Shown here: in pieces, positions 10,852 through 19,609 of the stretch
Numbering within the stretch: position 1 is the first letter of the stretch
Layout: the number at the start of each line of letters is the position of its first letter
IMG/VR virus record: IMGVR_UViG_3300012988_000001
Coordinates: 124,001-188,000 of that record
Reading direction: 5' to 3' (one strand)
DNA length: 64,000 nt
Program-made: the position numbers and the translations under genes
The notes under the pieces: generated by a model
Database searches by the model: none
Seen by the model: the letters and a program-made list of their open reading frames with translations, nothing else
What the model was told of the DNA's origin: nothing

Positions 10852-11400
10852 ATGAATAAACTACAAAAAATCTTAACATCTCTCACACCGGAATTCGAAT
10901 ACCGTGTGAAATTTGCAATGGAACCAACAACTGAAGACCTAGCGAAAATTACCGCTCGTCTAACTGATCGATATGATGCAGTTGAAGTTGGTCCTCTAAC
11001 TAAATTAATCTTCCAAGATCGCCCACTAGACTTTTATGAGTTAGATTGTGGTGAAGTTTGGATGTTTGATTTTACCTGTAATCGTGGTGTACAAACTGAA
11101 GTACTCCGTTTTGAAATTGGTAACCTATTAAAATGGACTGAGGCTTATATCAAAGTTCGTGGTAAAGATGAGCCAATTGAAATTGAACGCGAAGAAGAAC
11201 ATGAAGATATCGACTTTGACGAATATGAAACTGCACTTGGACAACCATTTGGTCAACCTGAACCGGATGCTGCGGAATTAGCTGGACAAGAACGTGCAGA
11301 TAAAGCAGTTGAAGATGGATTGGAAAATCTTCGTAAAGTAAAAACCAATGATAAATTTGCCAAGTACTTAGCTGCTGGCTTTAACGATAAAAAGGATTAA
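10852..11400 (+). CDS. Hypothetical late protein (putative head/virion)
   Basis: GGAG SD, late promoter, acidic C-terminal half. Confidence 0.75.
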   Translation: MNKLQKILTSLTPEFEYRVKFAMEPTTEDLAKITARLTDRYDAVEVGPLTKLIFQDRPLDFYELDCGEVWMFDFTCNRGVQTEVLRFEIGNLLKWTEAYIKVRGKDEPIEIEREEEHEDIDFDEYETALGQPFGQPEPDAAELAGQERADKAVEDGLENLRKVKTNDKFAKYLAAGFNDKKD

Positions 11401-11403
11401 TTG

Positions 11404-11955
11404 ATGAGTATGTTAGAAGAAATGTTTGATGGTAGCAACCGTCAAACTATTAACGAACGTCCATATTCAAGAACACAATCTGCAATTGACTCCGCAAAGG
11501 GTAAAGTTAAAGGTGCATTCGGTTCTGGACAAATTGAACAAGGTGCGGCTGAAGTCGGTGCGGAAGCTAATAAGCTATGGATGGATTTCAAGCGTTACAT
11601 CGGGCGTAAATATGGTAAAGCACAAGCAACTGTTCCTTATGCAGACGTTGCTGAGTTTTTCAAAGGAAACAAATTAGACCCAAAATTCTTGGGTAATAAT
11701 ACTCGTAGAGGGTTCGCTCCTAAAGATGTTGGTCAAGCTCTATTAGCTGCCGTTCGTGAATATATGAACGAATACGGTAATAAAGAAGAACAACCAGAAC
11801 AACAACCACAGCCACAGGGACAACCACAAGGCCAGCCGCAAGGTCAACCACAAGGTCAACCTCAACCAGCACCACAACCACAAGGTGGTTTAGCTGGAAT
11901 TCTATCTGGTTTGAGTTCAGCAGAGCGTGAACAGCTTCTACGTCTATTAAGTTAA
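11404..11955 (+). CDS. Putative internal head protein with a QPQG repeat linker
   Basis: AAGGA SD; TINE|R putative protease site; (QPQG)n repeat; start could be 11401, 11404 or 11410. Confidence 0.7.
   Translation: MSMLEEMFDGSNRQTINERPYSRTQSAIDSAKGKVKGAFGSGQIEQGAAEVGAEANKLWMDFKRYIGRKYGKAQATVPYADVAEFFKGNKLDPKFLGNNTRRGFAPKDVGQALLAAVREYMNEYGNKEEQPEQQPQPQGQPQGQPQGQPQGQPQPAPQPQGGLAGILSGLSSAEREQLLRLLS
11791..11886 (+). repeat. Degenerate 12-bp coding tandem repeat (QPQG)
   Basis: CAACCACAAGGT-like units. Confidence 0.85.
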
Positions 11956-11968
11956 TAGGAGAATCAAA

Positions 11969-13432
11969 ATGCTAAATTACTTCGGTAACAACAATCTAGT
12001 TCCGAACGGCTATGTTTACACTTCACATACTGGCTCTAAGTACGTTTTTTTAGAAGGGTTATGGTTTAATAACTCTTCTAATAAAATGGTAGATCCACGT
12101 AAGTTTGCTAATATGTATCAATGTGCACAGAAACAAATATTTGAACACAATTCAAAATATAAATTAAAAATTGGTAGTACTTATCTTAAAGAAAATGTTG
12201 AATATGTCTATATTGGAAATAAACAATATTATTCAAAAAATGGAATTATATCAGAAAGTACATTGAAAAATGATGATTCTGCTGATGAAATGTACCAACA
12301 ACTAAAAGTCATTATTAATGATTATGAAGCTACCAACATCCCAACTGGATATCGTTATAAAAACTTAACTAAAACCGTTCATGGATGGGTAAATGAAAAT
12401 GGCGAAAAGGTTGATCTTCCAATTCAAGAAGAACGAGCTATTAAATCTGATATCGATAAACGTAATGCTGGAGATTCCCATAATTCTATATTAAAAATTG
12501 GTAGAAGTATTTTAAATTACAACGGTAATAAGTATATTTGGAATGGTGATGTTTTTGCACCATTTGGACAAAATGCACCAGAAATACCAGTTGATTTGCA
12601 ACAAAAGATTAAAAACGGATATAAAAAGTTTGTTTCCGAAAATCCATCATTGTTTAATGATGCCCCTGAATCTAAAAACTCCGATGAACAATCTAATGGA
12701 GAAACTACTAAACCAGCCGACCAACCAAGTTCATCACCTGATACACTGAGTTCTTCTCAAGGTTCTAGTAGTGGTAGTGCACCAAATGGTTTTGTTTATA
12801 CTTCGGGGAAAGGTAAACAGTACTATAAAAAAGGTGGAGAATGGTATATTGGCGGTACTAAAAATAAAGTAAACGCAAGTGCTGCTCGTCCATTGGAACA
12901 AGCTGCTATTAAAAAAATAGCTGAACTAAATTCATCTAGTGATTTAAAAATCGGTGAAAGCACTTGGACTTCAGGAAAAGGCGTTGAATATACCTATGTT
13001 GGTGATGATCGTTTTATTAGTTCTGATGGTAAATTGCTACCAAAGAGTATGGCAGAAAAGGTTCGTAACGAATTAACTGCTAAGAAAGATGATCATAAAG
13101 AAGAAAACAGCGAGATAAAGGATAAAGTAGATGCTGATATTGATAATACTAGTACTGCGACACCTGAAGATCGCCACGAAGAAGAAAAAGCCAAGCAAGA
13201 GCAAGAAATAGATAATAATGATGCTAAAGAAGATAATCAAGACAGTGGTGTTGATAAAATTAAAGCATTAGCAGAAAAAATTAAAGCTCTACCTGCACGT
13301 GAGGCAAGAAAAGTTACAGTACTACTAACACGTGCTGACAAACTCTCTCTTATGGCTGCTGATATTATACTATCTGGTGATACAGATAAAGTTAAGCAGA
13401 TTCTACAAACATTAAATAATAGAGATGAATAA
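11969..13432 (+). CDS. Putative virion protein with three ~85-aa repeated domains
   Basis: PNGYVYTS..G..Y...G.W...LKIG...Y.Y.G unit occurs three times; GGAG SD. Confidence 0.75.
   Translation: MLNYFGNNNLVPNGYVYTSHTGSKYVFLEGLWFNNSSNKMVDPRKFANMYQCAQKQIFEHNSKYKLKIGSTYLKENVEYVYIGNKQYYSKNGIISESTLKNDDSADEMYQQLKVIINDYEATNIPTGYRYKNLTKTVHGWVNENGEKVDLPIQEERAIKSDIDKRNAGDSHNSILKIGRSILNYNGNKYIWNGDVFAPFGQNAPEIPVDLQQKIKNGYKKFVSENPSLFNDAPESKNSDEQSNGETTKPADQPSSSPDTLSSSQGSSSGSAPNGFVYTSGKGKQYYKKGGEWYIGGTKNKVNASAARPLEQAAIKKIAELNSSSDLKIGESTWTSGKGVEYTYVGDDRFISSDGKLLPKSMAEKVRNELTAKKDDHKEENSEIKDKVDADIDNTSTATPEDRHEEEKAKQEQEIDNNDAKEDNQDSGVDKIKALAEKIKALPAREARKVTVLLTRADKLSLMAADIILSGDTDKVKQILQTLNNRDE
13413..13418 (+). 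promoter_or_regulatory. Late promoter TAAATA
   Basis: 30 nt upstream of ATG 13449. Confidence 0.6.
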
Positions 13433-13448
13433 TCACAAGGATTGAATT

Positions 13449-14783
13449 ATGACTAAAAAAATTAATGAAGCATCAATCAAGGTTGATGTTAACGGCTTAG
13501 AATCAGCAGATTTTGAAACTCTATCCCGTATGCTTGCTCTAGCGGGTCAAGCTGAAAGTAATACTGGTTCCGTATCCGGTCCTAGTACTGGTGGTGGTCT
13601 TCCACCACTAAAACCAATGGACTTTGATAGTATTGGGGGTTCAGAAGAAACTCAACCTATTATGGACCCTGCTGATGCTATGGCAGCAGATAGTCCTGCT
13701 GATGGTGCTGGTGATCTAGGTGCAGCTATTGATGATTTAGCAGGTACAGTATCTGATTTTGGTGCTGATACAGAAGAAGCTGAAATGGGTCTTGACATGG
13801 ACGGTGGTCCTAGTGTAGAATCTGAATCTGATTTCGAAGATGAAGGGCTAGCTGATGAAGTTGGGGCTGATGATATCAGCATGGAACTTGATGATGATGG
13901 TGAAGATTTCGATATGAACAGTATGTCTGGTCTTGCAAATATGGTAGAATCACTATTCTTTGAGGATGATTCCGCAGCAGAAGATGTTGTAGATACCGAT
14001 GAAGAAGAAGACACCGATTTGGATGATGCTGAAGAAGAAGCTGCTGCTTCCGAATTAGATGAAGGACAAATCCTCCCAGACCTATCACTTGATGAGGATT
14101 CATCACAAGATGAACTTGACAACGCACATGGCCCGTACCGTTCTGAAGCTGGTGCTCGCGATGACGCAGAAGCATCAGTTGGGGGTGATTTCATTATTAT
14201 TCCATCTAGAGATGGGTATTACTGGAAACAAAAAGAAGCTGATGGTAGTCAAATGGTTGGACCTTATCAATCAGAAGCTGGTGCACGTGATGATGCGGAA
14301 GCCAAGTTAGGTACTCTAGATTTCTTCATTCACCGTCGCCCTGATGGATATTACTATTCTAAAAATCAGAGTGGTCAAGGTATGTTTGAAAGTGCTGATG
14401 GTAAACTAAATGGTCCTTTCCAAACAGAACGTCAAGCAGTTGAAGATGGACAATCCAGTACTAATGGTATTGAGGGCGATCATTTCATTGTTGTACCACA
14501 AGGTAATGCATATTACTGGAAACGTGTTATGCAAGAAGAACTTCAGAATGAACCTGAACCACACTTTGCAGATACTGATGGTATTGAAAATTCCCGTCAC
14601 AACTATCGCCATAAGCGTACTGCTCTAGGTGACAATCCACTTCTACATAATGTTCGTGAATCAGAAGAAGTAGATGCTGACAACGACAAAGAAGATGATA
14701 ATGACGATGAAGATGTTGAAGATATCTGCGAAAGTCTAAATGCAGCATATGCTAAGTTCATCGGAGGTCTAAATGGCAAATAA
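13449..14783 (+). CDS. Highly acidic putative prohead core/internal protein with three ~40-aa repeats
   Basis: D/E-rich; GP(Y/F)xSExxAxxD...F.I....GYY(W/Y) x3; multiple hydrophobic-x-E|S/A sites. Confidence 0.75.
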   Translation: MTKKINEASIKVDVNGLESADFETLSRMLALAGQAESNTGSVSGPSTGGGLPPLKPMDFDSIGGSEETQPIMDPADAMAADSPADGAGDLGAAIDDLAGTVSDFGADTEEAEMGLDMDGGPSVESESDFEDEGLADEVGADDISMELDDDGEDFDMNSMSGLANMVESLFFEDDSAAEDVVDTDEEEDTDLDDAEEEAAASELDEGQILPDLSLDEDSSQDELDNAHGPYRSEAGARDDAEASVGGDFIIIPSRDGYYWKQKEADGSQMVGPYQSEAGARDDAEAKLGTLDFFIHRRPDGYYYSKNQSGQGMFESADGKLNGPFQTERQAVEDGQSSTNGIEGDHFIVVPQGNAYYWKRVMQEELQNEPEPHFADTDGIENSRHNYRHKRTALGDNPLLHNVRESEEVDADNDKEDDNDDEDVEDICESLNAAYAKFIGGLNGK

Positions 14784-15222
14784 TTACCGTGAACTTTATG
14801 AAAGCATTGATGCTATTCTAGACGAAGAAGAAAAAGATGACGTTGAAGTTGAAATAAATGTTGACAGCGGCGACGATGATGAAGTAGAATATGACTCATC
14901 GGAAGAACACGAGGAAGCGGAGGAATCTGCTTCCCCTCAAGAACTTCTAAAAGAAATTGTTGGATGTTTAGCTCACTGCACCGAGAAACTAGCAGCGAAC
15001 GAAATGGAAGACATTGGTGAATTTGTAGAAAAATTGAAAAAAGTACGTGACATTCTAGCAGAACCAGAGCATACTGAAGAAGTTGTCGAAGAAGACGCTT
15101 TTACTGATGATTCTTACGGTGCTGGTGGTATGGGTCCACGTATTGGTAAAGATGGTGTACAAGATTATTCCAATCCAAATGGACAATCTTATGCAGCAAG
15201 AAAAGGTTTTACAGGATTGTAA
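14773..15222 (+). CDS. Acidic putative prohead core protein
   Basis: GGAGG SD, overlaps previous stop, LYE|S site. Confidence 0.75.
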   Translation: MANNYRELYESIDAILDEEEKDDVEVEINVDSGDDDEVEYDSSEEHEEAEESASPQELLKEIVGCLAHCTEKLAANEMEDIGEFVEKLKKVRDILAEPEHTEEVVEEDAFTDDSYGAGGMGPRIGKDGVQDYSNPNGQSYAARKGFTGL

Positions 15223-15223
15223 A

Positions 15224-15598
15224 ATGATCCCAAAGACCAACAGCACTGAATATCAAAATGAAGTACTGGGGAAAATAAGAGATGTATATGAAAGCGAAGC
15301 TGAAATTACAGACCGAATGCTCCTTATGTCCATTTTCGAGAACTTCAGGACTGGTGGCGGCCTAAGACTTAGCAAATTCGGATTTGATTTGTGTAACGAA
15401 CACGACTTGTACGAATTTGTTAAGATTCCCATGAAACGGGAAGATAGAAACTCGGTAGTCTATACATCAATGGATCGCATCAGCACTAGTCCGTATTATA
15501 TCAGTGGTCCTGATATATACATCTCGGACATGATGGTAGTTACGCAGTTGACATTTTGCAACGATAACTTCCAGCAACTCTTTGCGACTTATATGTAA
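15224..15598 (+). CDS. Hypothetical protein
   Basis: Start moved to ATG 15224 (AGGA SD, abuts previous stop); GGLRLSKFG motif. Confidence 0.7.
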   Translation: MIPKTNSTEYQNEVLGKIRDVYESEAEITDRMLLMSIFENFRTGGGLRLSKFGFDLCNEHDLYEFVKIPMKREDRNSVVYTSMDRISTSPYYISGPDIYISDMMVVTQLTFCNDNFQQLFATYM

Positions 15599-15614
15599 AA
15601 GATTTTGAAAAATC

Positions 15615-15645
15615 TTGGGACAAAACGACAACCTTGTGATATAAT
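15615..15645 (+). promoter_or_regulatory. Phage pre-replicative promoter (GGGACA-N17-TATAAT)
   Basis: GGGACA 15617-15622, TGTGA, TATAAT 15640-15645. Confidence 0.85.
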
Positions 15646-15680
15646 AAACGCATGTTAAGAAACACAGTATGGAACACGAC

Positions 15681-15721
15681 AAGACACTGGCAGTTAGAAG
15701 TAACACAGTGTCTTTTCTTTT
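15681..15721 (+). terminator. Terminator/attenuator-like hairpin in the 5' leader of the MoxR gene
   Basis: AAGACACTG...GTTA-GAAG-TAAC...CAGTGTCTT followed by TTCTTTT. Confidence 0.6.
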
Positions 15722-15781
15722 GCTCAAGGATTGAGTGACAAACCAAACTATTTTTTATAACCCAAATGAGGAAATATATCA

Positions 15782-17110
15782 ATGAGCAAATCTAACGACC
15801 TACTAAACATGACTCTATCTCCTAAACAAACTCTAGTTGCAATGGCAGTTGCAGACCGTGTTCAGGATAGTCTAATGCTTTGGGGTGCACCCGGCATTGG
15901 TAAGTCAGCGGTAGCACTACAGTATGCTAATAAGATGTATCCACTACGTAAAGACAACCTAGATAAGCTAGAGTTCATGCGTAACCAAATCGAAGAAGAA
16001 GAAGATGCAGCACAGAAAGCACAGCTACAGCGTGAGTACAAAGCATTCGATGCTAAACTACTAGACCAAGATAGCAACTTCATCGACTTCCGTCTATCAC
16101 AAATCGACCCAACCGACCTACGTGGTATTCCAGTACCAGAGAAAGTGTACATCGGTATGGATGGTAAGTCTCTAATCGAGTCTGACCTAAAAGAAGTCAA
16201 AGAATATATCGCTGAAACTGCCGTAGTTTGGGCTGCACCAAAAGTACTAAAACTACCAGCGGATTGGAAAGGCGTTATCATGTTTGACGAAATCAACTCT
16301 GCAATGCCAATCGTTCAGGCAGCTTCTTATCAGCTAATCCTAGACCGTTGCGTTGGTGAGATGAAACTACCTAAGACTGCACTAATCCTAGCAGCAGGTA
16401 ACCGTGAAAATGATGGTGGTGTAACCTTCACCCTAGCAACTCCACTACGTGACCGTATGACTCACATTGAAATGGAGCCAAACCATCAGGATTGGATTGA
16501 TGATTACGCAATCGGCAAGCGTCTAAACGCAGCAACCGTAGCATTCATCAACAACACCGGGTCTAAGTACTTCAACACACTAAGCCCTAACGATCCTTCT
16601 CACTCTGGCGGTACTTCCCCACGCTCTTGGGAACGTGTATCTCAGTATGAAGATCTAAACGATGGTTCTATCGATAAAGCTGTTTATCGTGCACTAATCG
16701 CAGGTCGTATCGGTGAAGGTGCAGCAACTGTGTACATTGAGTACGTAGAAAACGTATCTAAACTACCAGATACTATGAAGATTCTAAGTGGTGAAATCAA
16801 AAAGCTAGACGAAAATCTAGATATCTCTGCAAACTACTTCGTGTCTCTAAACCTAGTGTATAAGATTATCGATCTATACCAACAAAAGACCGAGAAGAAA
16901 ATCGAAGTTGAAGAATGGAGCCGCCTAGCGAACAACTTCATCATCTTCCTAGAGAACAACTTCTCTGAATACTACGCAGAACTAGCTGTACTATCCATTC
17001 GTACACTAACTCAAGCACGTGTTCAACTATCTTACAAAGAAGTCCCAGCGTTCCAAGACTTCGTTAAACGTTATCAAGACCTAGTGCGTCGTGCACGTTC
17101 CCTAGGCTAA
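15782..17110 (+). CDS. MoxR-like AAA+ ATPase (AAA_5 type)
   Basis: Walker A GAPGIGKS, DFRLSQIDPTDLRGIP, Walker B IMFDE, AAGN sensor, PLRDR, SPRSW. Confidence 0.92.
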   Translation: MSKSNDLLNMTLSPKQTLVAMAVADRVQDSLMLWGAPGIGKSAVALQYANKMYPLRKDNLDKLEFMRNQIEEEEDAAQKAQLQREYKAFDAKLLDQDSNFIDFRLSQIDPTDLRGIPVPEKVYIGMDGKSLIESDLKEVKEYIAETAVVWAAPKVLKLPADWKGVIMFDEINSAMPIVQAASYQLILDRCVGEMKLPKTALILAAGNRENDGGVTFTLATPLRDRMTHIEMEPNHQDWIDDYAIGKRLNAATVAFINNTGSKYFNTLSPNDPSHSGGTSPRSWERVSQYEDLNDGSIDKAVYRALIAGRIGEGAATVYIEYVENVSKLPDTMKILSGEIKKLDENLDISANYFVSLNLVYKIIDLYQQKTEKKIEVEEWSRLANNFIIFLENNFSEYYAELAVLSIRTLTQARVQLSYKEVPAFQDFVKRYQDLVRRARSLG

Positions 17111-17120
17111 GATAGCAACT

Positions 17121-17149
17121 GAGGATGGCAAATGCCGTCCTCTCTTTTT
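17121..17149 (+). terminator. Intra-operon terminator between AAA and VWA genes
   Basis: GAGGATGGCA/TGCCGTCCTC stem followed by TCTTTTT. Confidence 0.7.
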
Positions 17150-17174
17150 AATCCACACACGATGAGGAAATAAC

Positions 17175-18605
17175 ATGACTGCTCCAGAGCGTAATAACGA
17201 AGTATCTCCAGAAGTAGCTAAGGAATGTATCAACCGTATGATCCTAGCCCGTACTTCTCTAATGCTAGGCCATCCATTCTTTGGTGTACTAGCGTCACGT
17301 CTACGTCCAACACCTAACAACACTTGGTGTCGTACTATGGCAGTAGATGGTAAACACCTATTCTATAACGTAGAATTCGTAATGGGTATCCAAGATGAAT
17401 CCAAACGTGAAGAGTACGAAGAAAAGCTACGTGCAGCAATTCCTGACATTACTGATGCTCAGATTGCAGAAGCCACGAATGGTCTAACCGACCAGAACCT
17501 AATTGCTGTTATCTGCCACGAGATCCTACACTGTGCGTATGATCACTTCCTACGCCGTGGTAATCGCGACCCTAAAGCATGGAACGTTGCAGCAGACTAC
17601 GCTATCAACCAAATGCTCGTTCGTGATAAGATTGGTCAGATTTGTGATAACTGGCTATATGACAAGAAGTTTGACGGCATGACTGCCGAAGAAATCTATG
17701 CTAAACTACTCGAAGAAGCTCAACAGCAGCAGGGCGAAGGAGAGGGCGATGGTGACGGTGAAGGTGACGACGAGGGTCAAGGCCAAGGTGGTGGCGGTCA
17801 AGGCAAAGGCGAGTTCCGTGGGACGTTTGGTGGTGGTACAGTAGACCAGCATGATATTCCAGAAGAAGGCCAGCCGAAAGATGCTGACGGTAACCCTATT
17901 GACGGTGATAAACGCCGTGAATATATGGAAGACTTCAAAACTGCAATGATGAACGCTGCTCGTGCTGGTTCAGCACCTGCTGAGATTCAACGCATGATCA
18001 AAGACTTCCAAGAGCCTAAGATTGATTGGCGTTCTAAGCTAGCCCGTACACTACGTTCTTGGATGAAGAGTGATTCCTCATTCATGACTCCAAATCGTCG
18101 TTCTTGGTCTTCTGGCTTCGGCAGCACTGGCTCTTTCTATGGTTGTCCAATCTTCCCCGGCCTAAAACCGGATGAAGATATCGATATTGCAATTGCCCTA
18201 GATGCTTCCGGGTCTATTAGTACTGAAATGCTAAAAGACTTCATCGGTGAAGTAATTGGTATTACCAAGCAATTCAAACAGTATAAGATTCGTATCATGA
18301 CTTTCGATACTCAAGTTTATACTGTAAAAGACTACAAAACTGGTGACGAGAAGAAGATTCTAGAATATCCAGTACACGGTGGTGGTGGTACTGACTTTAA
18401 AGCAGTTTGGGACCACATGAAACAAGATGACTACAAGCCTAAGCAGCTAATCATGTTCACAGATGGTGAGCCTTGGGACTCTTGGGGTGATCCTGACTAC
18501 TGTAAGACCCTCTTTGTGATTCACTCGAATCCTAAGAAGGAATCACCGTTCGGTGAAACAGTTCACTACGAATGGGAAGCAAAAAACTCTCCTGCTCGTC
18601 GGTAA
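17175..18605 (+). CDS. HEXXH metallopeptidase + VWA domain protein (DUF2201-like), partner of the MoxR ATPase
   Basis: HEILH, WNVAADYAIN, Gly/acidic linker, MIDAS DASGS, GGGTDF, FTDG. Confidence 0.9.
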   Translation: MTAPERNNEVSPEVAKECINRMILARTSLMLGHPFFGVLASRLRPTPNNTWCRTMAVDGKHLFYNVEFVMGIQDESKREEYEEKLRAAIPDITDAQIAEATNGLTDQNLIAVICHEILHCAYDHFLRRGNRDPKAWNVAADYAINQMLVRDKIGQICDNWLYDKKFDGMTAEEIYAKLLEEAQQQQGEGEGDGDGEGDDEGQGQGGGGQGKGEFRGTFGGGTVDQHDIPEEGQPKDADGNPIDGDKRREYMEDFKTAMMNAARAGSAPAEIQRMIKDFQEPKIDWRSKLARTLRSWMKSDSSFMTPNRRSWSSGFGSTGSFYGCPIFPGLKPDEDIDIAIALDASGSISTEMLKDFIGEVIGITKQFKQYKIRIMTFDTQVYTVKDYKTGDEKKILEYPVHGGGGTDFKAVWDHMKQDDYKPKQLIMFTDGEPWDSWGDPDYCKTLFVIHSNPKKESPFGETVHYEWEAKNSPARR

Positions 18606-18611
18606 CTAAAT

Positions 18612-18637
18612 AAAAGGCACATTGATTGTGCCTTTTT
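18612..18637 (+). terminator. Rho-independent terminator
   Basis: AAAAGGCACA/TGTGCCTTTT stem. Confidence 0.85.
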
Positions 18638-18644
18638 CATTTTC

Positions 18645-18675
18645 TTGGGACAAACTCAAGAAAATGTGCTATAAT
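18645..18675 (+). promoter_or_regulatory. Phage pre-replicative promoter (GGGACA-N17-TATAAT)
   Basis: GGGACA 18647-18652, TGTGC, TATAAT 18670-18675. Confidence 0.85.
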
Positions 18676-18713
18676 ATGATGTAAGTAAAAATAATACATG
18701 GAGTGTATAAATT

Positions 18714-18959
18714 ATGAGTACTGAAAACCTAAAAGACATTTCGATTGATATCGTTGATATCATCAATGCTGCTAAAATCATGGAACAAGCTGTTAAAAAT
18801 AACGCTTTCTCCGTTGAAGATCTAGTTGAAGTGACCCCAGTTGTTGCTCGCTTTATTGCAGTAGCAAACCAACTAATTGAACGTCATAATGCAGAAGTTG
18901 AAGCACAAGAAGCAGCCGATGCCGAAGCAGGTCCAACACCTGAAGCAGATGGGGAGTAA
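18714..18959 (+). CDS. Hypothetical protein
   Basis: GGAG SD, first gene after the promoter. Confidence 0.8.
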   Translation: MSTENLKDISIDIVDIINAAKIMEQAVKNNAFSVEDLVEVTPVVARFIAVANQLIERHNAEVEAQEAADAEAGPTPEADGE

Positions 18960-18964
18960 TCAAT

Positions 18965-19609
18965 ATGGCTATTACTCGTCACTGTGGTGTTGTTCGTGCA
19001 ACTGGCTCTCGTGTTTTCATCGTGTGGAGACAACTTCCTGACCAACCGGGCCACTGCCTAGCAATCTACCAAGACTCACTACCAGAACAGTACGCATATG
19101 CTGTGCAAGAACTCGTTCTAGGTCGTGGTCAATCATCCCTTGATCTATGGGATGTGATGGACAAGGTTGGTGTACTAGATGGTCGCAAGATGCTTGATGT
19201 ACTTCACCAATTGAGTTACCTACGTAAACTATCAACTACTGATGTTGATATGCACGTTGGTAATGGTGCTAAGATTGCACTAAACCTACTAAATGACCAG
19301 CTAGACGAACAAAAAGTTCATACTGATGGTAAAGTAAAAGAATACAATCCTTTTGACAATCAGCCACAAACTGATTTCCAAGAAAGTGGTGGTATCGTTG
19401 CTAAACTACTTTCCGATGCTGCTCAATACGAGCAACTAGCGAAAGAAACTTATGAACGTGCTTATGCTCTAGACCCTTCAATGCGTCCACAAGCAGCAGC
19501 AATTATCGAAGCTGATCCTAATCAACCATTTACTATTAGTATTCCTCAAGGTACAACTCAAGCGAAAGCAATTGAGATCCTAAAGAAAGCACTAAAAGAG
19601 CAAAAATAA
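18965..19609 (+). CDS. Hypothetical protein
   Basis: GGGGAG SD, 214-aa ORF with strong phage codon bias. Confidence 0.85.
   Translation: MAITRHCGVVRATGSRVFIVWRQLPDQPGHCLAIYQDSLPEQYAYAVQELVLGRGQSSLDLWDVMDKVGVLDGRKMLDVLHQLSYLRKLSTTDVDMHVGNGAKIALNLLNDQLDEQKVHTDGKVKEYNPFDNQPQTDFQESGGIVAKLLSDAAQYEQLAKETYERAYALDPSMRPQAAAIIEADPNQPFTISIPQGTTQAKAIEILKKALKEQK

Noticed and set aside
13652-14194. Ser-rich 180-aa minus-strand ORF and similar antisense ORFs in the MoxR, clpA, gp15 and gp46 genes
   Set aside because: Mirror of Asp/Glu codons on the coding strand; no independent coding signal.
18607-18612. TAAATA after the VWA gene (and at 1226-1231) as late promoters
   Set aside because: The first lies directly before a terminator; the second overlaps a stop codon in a non-structural operon outside the usual spacing. 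Both are probably AT-rich chance matches.
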